Assembly: GCA_963779025.1 (NCBI GenBank)
Contig: CAVZWR010000019.1
Span: 321,755 to 385,754, forward strand
Source: an uncultured Actinomycetes bacterium
GTDB taxonomy: Bacteria > Actinomycetota > Thermoleophilia > Gaiellales > Gaiellaceae
Reading direction: 5' to 3'
DNA length: 64,000 nucleotides
Part shown: piece by piece, positions 42,354 through 51,673 of the stretch
Layout of the letters: every line of letters starts with the position of its first letter
Numbering within the stretch: position 1 is the first letter of the stretch
The notes under the pieces: generated by a model
Told to the model about the DNA's origin: nothing
The model's input: only the letters and a program-made list of their open reading frames with translations
Database searches by the model: none
Position numbers and translations under genes: made by a program

Positions 42354-43424
42354 AGCGGCGGGTCGTGATCGTCGGCCCGACGCGCTACCGGCTGCCTCTG
42401 AACGAAAGCCTCGCCAAGAAGTTCGAGGCGCTCGAGGAGCATTTCGAGCTGCGCGTGCTCGCGCGCGGGGAGGGCGAGGACGACCGCTTCCGCCTGCTGC
42501 CCGGCGGCTACCGCTTCTACGCCGAGCTGCCCGCACGGCTCGCCGCCGAGCTGCGCGAGCTTCCAGCCGGACGCCGTGCTCGCCCAGGATCCGCACACGG
42601 CGGCCGGGGTGCTGGCCGCGCGCAAGCTCGCGCGGCGCAAGACGCCGCTGATCCTCGAGGTGCACGGCAACTGGCGGACCGCAGCCCGCATGTACGGCTC
42701 GCCCGCGCGGAAGCTGCTCGGCCCCGCCTCGGACGTCGTCGCCGCCCAGGCGGTGAGGCGCGCGGACGGCGTCCGCACGATCTCGCCGTACACGACGCGG
42801 CTCGTCCGCGAGCTGGGGGTCGAGCCGGACGGCGTGCTCCCGACCTTCACCGATCTCGACCCGTTCCTCGTCCCGCCGGTGCCGCTGCCCGAGCGGCCGG
42901 TCGCGCTCTTCGTCGGGGTGCTCGAGCACTACAAGGGGATCGACGAGCTCGCCGCCGCGTGGCGCGCCGCCGCGCCCCGTGTCCCCGGTGCCACGCTCCA
43001 CGTGATCGGCAAGGGCTCGCGCCGGCACGTCGTCGAGGGCATCCGCGAGCAGATCGTCTGGGACGAGCAGGTCGACTCGGCCGGTGTCGCCGAGGCGCTC
43101 GATCGGGCGTGGACGCTGGTGCTCCCGTCGCGCAACGAGGGGATGGGCCGCGTGATCCTGGAGGCGTTCTGTCGCAACCGGCCGGTGGTGGGCACCGACG
43201 TCGGCGGGATCGCCGACCTCGTTCGCGACGGCGAGAACGGGCTGCTCGTGCCGCCGCAGGATCCCGACGCGCTGGCCGAGGCGCTCGTGCGGATGCTCTC
43301 CGACCGCGAGCTCGCGGAGCGTCTCGGTGCCGGAGCACGCGAGGGCGTCGAGCCGCTGCTGGCCACGCCGGAGCAATACGCGCGCAAGCTCCGCGAGATC
43401 GTCGACGCGGTCGTCCAGCAGTGA
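42350..43424 (+). CDS. glycosyltransferase family 4; frame-disrupted (1)
   Basis: GTGA overlap with the upstream stop. VLPSRNEGMGRVILEAFCRNRPVVGTDVGGIADLV (E-x7-E). Frame change near 42560. Confidence 0.8.
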
Positions 43425-44462
43425 GGATCGTCTTCGTCACGCAACAGGTCGACCCCGGGCACCCGGCCCTCGCCGCGACCGTGCCGATGATCAGGGCGCT
43501 GGCGGCAGCAGGTGGACGAGGTCGTGGTGCTGGCCGACCGCGCGCTGCCCGGCGTGCTGCCGGAGAACTGCCGCACGCGCAGCTTCGCCGCGCGCTCGAA
43601 AGCGGGGCGCGGGCTGCGCTTCGAGGCGGCGATCCTCTCCGAGCTCGCGCACCGGCCGAAGCCCGCCGCGGTCGTGGCCCACATGTGCCCGATCTACGCG
43701 GTGCTCGCGGCGCCGTTCGCCCGGCCGCTCGGCACGCGCGTCCTGCTCTGGTACACGCACTGGCGCGCCTCGCGGCTGCTCCAGGCGGCCGAGCGGGCAT
43801 CGAACGTCGTGTTGACCGTCGACCGGAGGACATTCCCCCTCTCGTCGGCGAAGGTGCGGCCGATCGGGCACGGGATCGACCTGGAAGAGTTCTCTTGCTC
43901 CGACGGCGGCGGCTCACCGGACCTGCGCGCGGTCGCGCTCGGGCGGTACTCGGAGGCCAAGGGGCTGGAAGTCGTGCTGCGGGCCGTCCGGCTCGCGCTC
44001 GACGACGGCCTCGACCTGCGGCTGGAGATCCACGGTCCGGCGCTGACGCCGCAGGAGCGCGAGCACCGCGCGCGGCTCGAGGGACTCGTCGGCGAGCTCG
44101 ACCTCGACAAGCGTGTTCGCCTGGGTCACGCGCTGTTGCGCAGCGAGGTGCCCGAGCTGTTCGCGCGCGCCGACGTGCTCGTCAACAACATGCGCGCGGG
44201 GGCGACCGACAAGGTCGTCTACGAGGCGTGCGCCAGCTGCGTGCCGGCGGTCGCCTCGAACCCTGCCTTCGACACGCTGCTCCCGGACGCGCTCCGCTTC
44301 GACCGCGACGACCCGCGCTCGCTCGCCGACAGGCTCACCGGGCTCGCGCGGCTCTCGCCGGAGGAGCGGCAAGCACTCGGCCGGATGCTGCGCGAGCGCG
44401 TCGAGGCGGGCCACTCCGTCCAGTCCTGGGCTGCGGCGGTCGTCGAGGCGGCACGCGGTTGA
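43421..44462 (+). CDS. GT-B glycosyltransferase, GT4-like; frame-disrupted (1)
   Basis: GTGA overlap with the upstream stop. VRIVFVTQQVDPGHPALAATVPMIRALA, LLWYTHWRAS, VLVNNMRAGATDKVVYEACASCVPAVASN. Frame change near 43505. Confidence 0.7.
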
Positions 44463-45520
44463 CCAGCGTCCTGCACATCCAGAAGGTGAAGGGCATCTCG
44501 GGCTCGGAGAACCACCTGCTCTCGCTGCTCCCCGGCCTGCGCGAGCGCGGCTTCGACGCGCGGATGCTCGTCCTGCACGAGCGCGAGCCCGAGGCGGCGG
44601 ACTTCATGCGCGAGCTGCGGGCGCGGGACGTGCCGGTCGACGAGCTCGTGGTGAAGCTCGACGTCGACCCGATGGCGTTCGGCCGCCTCACGCGCCGGCT
44701 GGCGGCGCTGCGGCCGGAGATCGTGCACACGCACCTCGTCCACGGGGACGCGTACGGGCTCCCGGCCGGCGTGCTGACGCGGGTGCGGCACCGGTTCTCG
44801 ACGAAGCACGGCTTCAACGAGTTCCGCGACAGCCGGCTCTTCGCCTGGGGCGACCGTGCGGTGTCGAGCCTCGCGCACGTCCAGATCGCGATCTCGCGCG
44901 GCCTGGCGGAGTACCTGGCCGAGCGGGAGGGATTCGCTGCGGACGCGTTCGAGGTCGTCCACTACGGCATCGCCGCCGGCCCGGAGCCGCCTCCGCCCCC
45001 GCCGACACCGCGGCTGCTCTGCATCGGCCGGCTGATCCCGATCAAGGGCCACCGGGTGCTGCTCGAGGCGTTCGCGGCCGCGCGCGAGGAGGTGCCGGAG
45101 CTGACGCTCGACCTCGCCGGCACCGGCCCGCTCGAGCGGGAGTTGCGCGCCGCGGCCGGCGAGGGCGTCAGCTTCCTCGGCCACGTCGCGCCGGTGCAGC
45201 CGCTGATCGAGCAAGCCGCGATCGTCATCGTCCCGTCGCTCGGCGAGGGCTTCGGGATGGTCGCGCTGGAGGCGATGGAGCGAGGCCGCGCCGTGATCGC
45301 CGCCTCGGTCGGCGGGCTCCCGGAGATCATCGGCAGCGCCGGCGTGCTCGTCCCGTCGGGCGAGGTCGAGCCGCTGCGCGCCGCGCTCGTCGAGCTCGCG
45401 CCTGACCTGCCGCGGATCGAGGCGCTCGGCGCCGCCGGCCGCAAGCGGGCGCTCGCCGTGTTCTCGGAGGAGCGCTGCATCGAGCGAACCGAGGCCCTCT
45501 ACCGGAGGGCGCTCGGGTGA
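44459..45520 (+). CDS. glycosyltransferase family 4
   Basis: TTGA overlap with the upstream stop. Intact 353 aa. VHTHLVHGDAYG, IVPSLGEGFGMVALEAMERGRAVIAASVGGLPEII (E-x7-E). Confidence 0.85.
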   Translation: MTSVLHIQKVKGISGSENHLLSLLPGLRERGFDARMLVLHEREPEAADFMRELRARDVPVDELVVKLDVDPMAFGRLTRRLAALRPEIVHTHLVHGDAYGLPAGVLTRVRHRFSTKHGFNEFRDSRLFAWGDRAVSSLAHVQIAISRGLAEYLAEREGFAADAFEVVHYGIAAGPEPPPPPPTPRLLCIGRLIPIKGHRVLLEAFAAAREEVPELTLDLAGTGPLERELRAAAGEGVSFLGHVAPVQPLIEQAAIVIVPSLGEGFGMVALEAMERGRAVIAASVGGLPEIIGSAGVLVPSGEVEPLRAALVELAPDLPRIEALGAAGRKRALAVFSEERCIERTEALYRRALG

Positions 45521-46221
45521 AGGTCGCGACCGTCTCGTGCCACGTCGAGCGTCCGCTCGACGACCGCACCTGGGCCGCGTTCTCGGAGTTCCAGGCCCGG
45601 CGCCCGGGCGGCTTCGCGATCGCGGCGCTGATGCGCCCGCCCGACACGGACGAGAGCGAGACGCTCTGGCTCGCCCGGGCGCGGATCGCTGCCACGCGCG
45701 GACCCCTCGGTCACCACACGCACTGGGGCGGGGCGAACCAGGCGCGGCCGGTCGGCGGCGACCCGGCCGAGCGCGTCCGCAGAGAGGCGGAGTGGCTGCG
45801 GGACCGCGGCCTCGAGCCGAAGCTCTTCTGCGGCGGCGGCTGGTACATGGACGCAGGCGTCGCGGCCGCGCTCGCCGAGCTGGGCTACACCGACTGCACC
45901 GCGACCGCGTTCCGCCCGGACTACCTCGCGGCGGGCGCTCCGCGGCTCGAGCTCGCCGAGCCCTCCTGGCTGCGGGTCGGAGACGCCCGCCTGCTCGAGC
46001 TGCCGGCGACGCACTCGCTCGGGATGGCCGCGCGCGCCGGGGTCGGGCGCCTGCCTGCGTACGTCCACGTCTACTTCCACGACACGGACCTGCTCGACGA
46101 GCGCCGCCGGCGCGCGTTGACGACCGCGCTGCGGCTGATCGGCCGGCGGCGGCGCCCAACGGCGCTCGACGCCGTCTCGGCCGAGGCCGAAATGGCGTTT
46201 TCGCGCCAGATGCGGGAGTAA
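45517..46221 (+). CDS. hypothetical protein (weak resemblance to deacetylase-type beta/alpha-barrel proteins)
   Basis: GTGA overlap with the upstream stop. Intact 234 aa with balanced composition. VSCHVERP, GHHTHWGG and VHVYFHDTDL are His/Asp-rich blocks. Confidence 0.6.
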   Translation: MKVATVSCHVERPLDDRTWAAFSEFQARRPGGFAIAALMRPPDTDESETLWLARARIAATRGPLGHHTHWGGANQARPVGGDPAERVRREAEWLRDRGLEPKLFCGGGWYMDAGVAAALAELGYTDCTATAFRPDYLAAGAPRLELAEPSWLRVGDARLLELPATHSLGMAARAGVGRLPAYVHVYFHDTDLLDERRRRALTTALRLIGRRRRPTALDAVSAEAEMAFSRQMRE

Positions 46222-46222
46222 C

Positions 46223-47754
46223 ATGAATCGACTCGTGGCCACGAAGGAAGCACCTTCCGCCGCGCCCGAGAGCAGCTCACCGCTCTTTCCCGGCGCAGAC
46301 ATCCGGCGCAGCAAGCCGTACCTGCTCACTCGCACGCCGATCCGCAGCCTGGTCGTTCCGGGCTCTCAGCCTCTGCTGCCTGATCGCGCTCGACCTGCTC
46401 GCCGTCGGGCTCGGCCTCTACGGCGGGCTCGTCGCTCCGCGAGGTCTACTACGGCCACCACCCGATCTTCTGGGGGATCCTCTGGCGGGACGCAGAGGCC
46501 GACTACTTCCCGTTCGTCGCGCTGGTCACGGTGCTCGTCTTCTGGCAGGCGGGCCTGTACGCGCAGCGCGAGCGGCGTGCAGGCTACGGCCGGATCGTCT
46601 CGTCGCTCGTCGTGGTCGCGCTGCTCGTGCTCGCCTTCGGCGTCGGCACCGGGCACGACTTCAGGACCTTCGGGCTGATCCCGACCGCGTTCGTGATCAC
46701 GGCCGTCGCTCGCGGGCGTCTTCCGCGCGAGCTACGACGTGCTCAGCCGCGAGGCGCTGCACGCGCTCGGCGTCCGCCGCCGCGCGATCGTCGTCGGCGA
46801 GGGCGAGCACCTCGACCACCTGCTGCGCTCGCTCGGCCCCGTCCGCGGCGGGATCGACTACGACTTCATCGGCGTCGTCAGCCGTGACCCGACCGCTGAC
46901 CTGCGACCTGCCGCGGCTCGGCGCCTTCGAGAACCTGCGCTCGGTGCTCGCCGAGCACCCGACCGACGAGCTGATCGTCACCGACTCGGACTACAGCGAG
47001 CGCGACCTGCTCCAGATGGTCGAGGACGCGCACCGCAGCGGCGTGAAGGTCCGCGTCGCGCCGAAGACGACCGAGCTGCTGGTCCAGCGCGGGGAGTACG
47101 TGCCGGGCCAGGGACTGCCGCTCTTCGAGCTGCGCCCGCCGGTCTTCGCCGGAACCGACTGGGCGATCAAGCGCGCGTTCGACCTCGCCGTCAGCTCGCT
47201 CGTCGTCGTCGCCGGGCTGCCGGTCTGGCTCGTGATCGCGGCGCTGATCAAGCTGACCTCCAACGGGCCGGTCTTCTACCGCGACCCGCGCATCGGGCTC
47301 GGGGAGCGGACGTTCCACATGTTCAAGTTCCGGACGATGCACGCGGACGCCGCCGAGCGGCGCAGCGAGCTCGGCGAGCTGAACGAGGCGGAGGGGGCGC
47401 TGTTCAAGATCCGCGGCGACCCGCGGATCACGCGCGTCGGCGCCTTCCTGCGGCGCTTCTCGATCGACGAGCTGCCGAACATGCTCAACGTCCTGCGCGG
47501 CGAGATGAGCCTCGTCGGCCCGCGCCCGCTGCCGGCCGCGCGACTACGCGCTGCTCGAGGAGTGGCACCGCAAGCGGTCGTTCGTGCTCCCGGGGATGAC
47601 GGGGCTCTGGCAGATCTCCGGCCGCTCCGACCTCTCCTTCGACGACCTCGTGCGGCTCGACTTCTACTACCTCGAGAACTGGTCGATCTGGCTCGACATC
47701 ACGATCCTCGCCAGGACGATCCCGGCCGTCCTCTCGAGCCGCGGGGCCTACTGA
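46223..47754 (+). CDS. polyprenyl glycosylphosphotransferase, full-length WbaP/CpsE type; frame-disrupted (at least 5)
   Basis: N-terminal TM region. C-terminal [95 protein letters not shown]. Confidence 0.85.
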
Positions 47755-48512
47755 AGCACGACCGTACTTCGGCCGCGGCGTTCGCGAAGGTCGCGGAGAG
47801 CTACGAGCGCCGCCGGCCCGGGTACCCGCCCGAGCTCGTGTCGTGGGTGGCCGAGCAGCTCGGGATCGGACCGGGGACGACCGTGGCCGACGTCGCGGCG
47901 GGGACCGGCAAGCTGACGCGCGAGCTGGTGCCGACGGGAGCGCGCGTGATCGCGATCGAGCCGCTCGCCGAGATGCGCGAGCAGCTCGAAGCCGTGCTGC
48001 CCGGGCGTCGACGCCCGCGCGGGCACCGCCGAGGAGCTGCCGCTCGAGAGCGGCTCCGTCGATGCGATCACGGTCGCCGCGGCGATGCACTGGTTCGACA
48101 TCGACCGGGCCGTGGACGAGTTCATCCGGGTGCTGAAGCCCGGTGGCGCAATCGCAGTGCTCGGCCCCGGCCGCGACCTCGAGCAGCCGCTCCAGCGCGC
48201 GGTGCAGGAGGCGATCGGCGACGTACCTCCCCGAGCTCTCCGAGATCGCCGGCTGGCGGGACGGCGTCGCTCGCAACGGGCGGTTCCGCCTGGCGGAGAC
48301 GAACGAGGTGCCGTTCGAGCAGCTGCTGGACGCCGAGGGGCTCGCCGAGCGGATCGGGACGATCAGCTACATCGCCAGGCTGCCCGACGAGGAACGCGAC
48401 CGCGGTGCTGGCAAAGGTGCGCGCGCTCGGCGAACAGCAGCCGCAGACCCCGTTTCCGTTCAGATATCGGATGGGCGCGACGATCCTGCGGCAGACCCCT
48501 TCGCAATACTGA
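47751..48512 (+). CDS. class I SAM-dependent methyltransferase; frame-disrupted (3), start uncertain
   Basis: [15 protein letters not shown] (motif I), [27 protein letters not shown]. No ATG or GTG near the 5' end (CTG 47751). Confidence 0.7.
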   Translation: MKHDRTSAAAFAKVAESYERRRPGYPPELVSWVAEQLGIGPGTTVADVAAGTGKLTRELVPTGARVIAIEPLAEMREQLEAVLPGRRRPRGHRRGAAARERLRRCDHGRRGDALVRHRPGRGRVHPGAEARWRNRSARPRPRPRAAAPARGAGGDRRRTSPSSPRSPAGGTASLATGGSAWRRRTRCRSSSCWTPRGSPSGSGRSATSPGCPTRNATAVLAKVRALGEQQPQTPFPFRYRMGATILRQTPSQY

Positions 48513-48517
48513 AGGCG

Positions 48518-49726
48518 GTGAAGGCCCCGAAGATCCTCGCGGTCGCCTCTGCGGTCGACCTCGACTTCCGCTACGGCTGCACGCCGGCGTGGTGGCAGCT
48601 CTGGAAGGGCCTCCACGAGGCCGGCTGCGACCTGATCGTCACGCCGTACCGCGGGCGCCCGGTCGAGTCGCCCTGGTGGAGGACTGCGCCGAACCCCTGC
48701 TACCGGGAGGGCGAGGCGTTCGCGAAGGTGCGCGACCTCGTCGCCCGGATCAAGGGCGACCGGCACATCAGACGTGCCGAGAGCGACCCGGGGGACACCG
48801 ACCGCTGGGTGCGCGAGGCGATCTGGCGCTGGGTGACGCCGCGCTGGCACCGGCACATCGAGGGGATCCTCGAGCGGGAGCGGGACGTGGACGCGATCGT
48901 CGTCTTCACCGTCCCGATGAGCCATCTGCGCGGGATCCCGACTGCGCTCCGCGAGCGCTTCGGCGTCCCGGTCGTCTTCTACGACGGCGACGTGCCGATG
49001 AGCCTGCCGGAGTTCGGCGGGATGGACACCGGCTTCAACTACTACTTCGGCGCCGACCCGGGCGAGTACGACCTCGTCGTCTCCAACTCCGAGGGCGGGC
49101 TCGAGCGGCTGCGCGAGCTCGGCGCGCGCCGCGCGGAGGCGGTCTTCTGGGGCGCCGACCCGGAACTCTTCCAGCCACACCCGGTCGAGAAGGAGACCGA
49201 CGTCTTCTTCTACGGCTTCGGCGACAAGTTCCGCCAGGAGTGGACCGAAGTGATGGTCGGCGAGCCGTCGCGCCGTCTCCCCGAGGTCGACTTCTCGCTC
49301 GGCGGCGAGGACTTCCGCGGCGACATCGGCCGTGCGCGCCTGGTCGGGAACATCCCGATCAACGTCTTCTCGCGCGCGATCTCGGCGGCGCGGATCAACC
49401 TCAACGTCACGCGGCGCGCGCACGCGACCGTCTACGCGTCGTCCACCTCGCGGCCGTTCGAGCTCGGCATGTCCGGCGCGACGATCGTCTCCAACCCGCA
49501 CGAGGGGATCGAGCGCTGGTTCGAGCCGGGGCGTGAGGTGCTGGTCGTGAGCGACGCCGACGAGGCCACCGCCGCCTACCGCGAGCTCCTCGACGATCCG
49601 GGCCGCGCCGAGGAGATGGGCCGCGCCGCCCGCGAGCGGGCGCTCGACGAGCACACGTACCTCCACCGCGCGCGGCGCCTGCTCGAGCTGCTCGGCGTCG
49701 GGGTTCCGGAGGCCGTTCGTGGCTGA
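48518..49726 (+). CDS. CgeB-family / Glyco_trans_1_2-type glycosyltransferase
   Basis: Intact 402 aa from GTG 48518. The C-terminal block INLNVTRRAHATVYASSTSRPFELGMSGATIVSN..HTYLHRARRLLELL matches what I recall of the CgeB-like domain. Confidence 0.7.
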   Translation: MKAPKILAVASAVDLDFRYGCTPAWWQLWKGLHEAGCDLIVTPYRGRPVESPWWRTAPNPCYREGEAFAKVRDLVARIKGDRHIRRAESDPGDTDRWVREAIWRWVTPRWHRHIEGILERERDVDAIVVFTVPMSHLRGIPTALRERFGVPVVFYDGDVPMSLPEFGGMDTGFNYYFGADPGEYDLVVSNSEGGLERLRELGARRAEAVFWGADPELFQPHPVEKETDVFFYGFGDKFRQEWTEVMVGEPSRRLPEVDFSLGGEDFRGDIGRARLVGNIPINVFSRAISAARINLNVTRRAHATVYASSTSRPFELGMSGATIVSNPHEGIERWFEPGREVLVVSDADEATAAYRELLDDPGRAEEMGRAARERALDEHTYLHRARRLLELLGVGVPEAVRG

Positions 49727-50491
49727 GGTCGCCGAGGCCGCCCCGCGCGCGCTCGACCCGCGGCTGACCGCGCTGCGGCGGGTCGCGATCGTCCCGGCGC
49801 TGAACGAGCAGGAGAGCATCGCGCGCGTGATCGACGAGATCCGCGCGTTCGACCCCGGCCTCGAGATCGTCGTCATCGACGACGGCTCGGTCGACCGCAC
49901 CGCGGCCGTCGCGGAGCAGAAGGGCGCCCACGTCGATCCGCCTGCCCTTACAACCTCGGGATCGGCGGATCGGTGCAGACGGGCTTCCGCTACGCGTTCG
50001 ACAACGGCTTCCGGCTCGCCGTGCGGCTGGACGGCGACGGCCAGCACGACGCCTCGGAGCTCGGGAAGCTGCTCGAGCCGGTGCTGGACGACGAGGCCGA
50101 CATCGCCGTCGGCTCGCGCTTCCTCGCGCCGTCGGCCTATCGCTCGTCGGCGCCGAGACGCGCCGGGATCACGATCCTGGCGAAGACGGTCTCGATGCTC
50201 GTCGGCCGCAAGGTCACAGATCCGACCTCCGGCTTCCAGGCGCTCAACCGCCACGCGATCGCGCTCTTCGCCGCCGACTACCCGCACGACATCCCCGAGG
50301 TGGAGGCGGTGCTGATGACCCACAAGCACCGGCTGCGGATGATCGAGGTCCCGGTCGAGATGCGAGAGCGGGCAGGCGGCCGCTCCTCGATCGGCTCGCT
50401 CTTCGCCGTCTACTACATGGTCAAGGTGCTGCTCGCCCTGTTCGTCGGGCTCTTCCGCAAGAACGTCACGCCACTGGAGGATGTGCAATGA
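49719..50491 (+). CDS. GT2 polyprenyl-phosphate sugar synthase-like (DPM1/Ppm1-like); frame-disrupted (2)
   Basis: VAIVPALNEQESIARVIDEI, IVVIDDGSVDRT, IRLPYNLGIGGSVQTGFRYA, LDGDGQHD, DPTSGFQALNR. Single-base insertions near 49936 and 49949. Confidence 0.8.
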
Positions 50492-50855
50492 CCCCACTCG
50501 CCGTCTCGATCGTCGCCGCCATCGCGTCGGTCGGCCTGCTGCTCGTCGTGCTCGACCTGATCCGCCGGCGGAGGCTCCGCGAGCGCTACGCGCTGCTGTG
50601 GCTCGCGACCGGCGTCGTGCTGCTCGTGCTCTCGCTCTGGCGCAGCGGCCTGAACACGATCGCCGACTGGGTCGGCGTCACCGGCTACCCGCCGGCGGTG
50701 CTGTTCGCGGTCGCGGTGCTCTTCATCCTGCTCGTGCTGCTCGACTACTCGACCGTGATCTCGAAGTCTCGTCCGACCAGAACACCGTGCTCGCCCAGCG
50801 GATCGGGCTGCTCGAGCAGCGGCTCCGCGAAGCGACCCGCTCCGCCGCCGACTAG
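50488..50855 (+). CDS. DUF2304-type small membrane protein; frame-disrupted (1)
   Basis: ATGA overlap with the upstream stop. Three hydrophobic helices, then an amphipathic tail LAQRIGLLEQRLREA in another frame (change near 50765). Sits directly downstream of a GT2, as is usual for DUF2304. Confidence 0.6.
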
Positions 50856-51673
50856 CGCGACCAGGAAACTGCGAACTCGGCCTCGGGCGAGAGCCCGTTG
50901 CCGGCCGACCAGTCGACCTCGAAGCGCGGCTCCAGCCGGAACCTCGTCGATACGTACGAGGAGTAGGAGAGGATCCGCGGCTTCGCGCGCGTCCAGCCGC
51001 CGCGATGGAAGCCGCTCGTGTCGGCGAAGACCATCGTCCCGGGCAGGCCCGTGCAGGTGAGCACGTCCTCGGCGGGCGCCTTCGCCTCGAACTCGTCCTG
51101 GGGCGGGTAGAGGCCGTGCTTGTCGTAGACGTCGTCGCCCTCCCACGGCCAGAGGTGCGCGTTCCGGCCGCCCTCGGGCGTCCCGCGCAGGTACTCGAAC
51201 GGCCCCGCGTCCTCGTCCACGTCCGAGAAGTAGGTGAAGACCTTGACGATGTGGTTGTCCCACGGGTCGCGGTGCCAGCGCTGTGACGCGATCCGGTCCT
51301 CGGCCTCCGGGTCGGGGATCGTGTACCAGTTGTCGACGTCGATCAGCAGCGTGCCCTCGCCGCGGTAGGCGTTGACGATGTCGAGCACGCGGTTCGAGAG
51401 CCCGAACTGAAGCCACGGGTCGTCGAGCGTGAACGGCCGGCCGCTCTTCAGGAAGCGCCGGATCAGATACGACTTCTTCTTCTGCTGCGCCTGGAGCTCG
51501 GTGAGGTTGGCCTCGGTGTCGGCGGTGAACTCGCCGATGTCGTGGCGCAGCTCGTCCCACATCGCCTCGTCGCCGAAGAGCTCGTGGAAGGAGACGAGCG
51601 CGATCCCGTCGTCGCGCATCGAGTCGAGCACGCGCTGCTGGACCTGGTCGAGCACGGCGGCGACTTTAGCCAA
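50852..51673 (-). CDS. phytanoyl-CoA dioxygenase (PhyH)-family Fe(II)/2-oxoglutarate oxygenase
   Basis: Intact 273 aa. QRWHRDPWD (H-x-D) and FADTSGFHRGG (distal His). Confidence 0.7.
   Translation of the reverse strand: MAKVAAVLDQVQQRVLDSMRDDGIALVSFHELFGDEAMWDELRHDIGEFTADTEANLTELQAQQKKKSYLIRRFLKSGRPFTLDDPWLQFGLSNRVLDIVNAYRGEGTLLIDVDNWYTIPDPEAEDRIASQRWHRDPWDNHIVKVFTYFSDVDEDAGPFEYLRGTPEGGRNAHLWPWEGDDVYDKHGLYPPQDEFEAKAPAEDVLTCTGLPGTMVFADTSGFHRGGWTRAKPRILSYSSYVSTRFRLEPRFEVDWSAGNGLSPEAEFAVSWSR

Noticed and set aside
42035-45520. 1161 aa ORF on the plus strand
   Set aside because: Not one protein. It strings together parts of four overlapping GT4 genes whose stops lie in the +1 frame of 4-nt GTGA/TTGA overlaps. 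The stretches between the true segments are Arg/Ala/Pro-rich out-of-frame sequence.
48122-50497. 791 aa ORF on the minus strand
   Set aside because: Antisense shadow of the CgeB-like GT and GT2 genes. The composition is dominated by Arg/Asp/Glu/Val/Ala with no recognisable motifs, while the plus strand carries clear family signatures.
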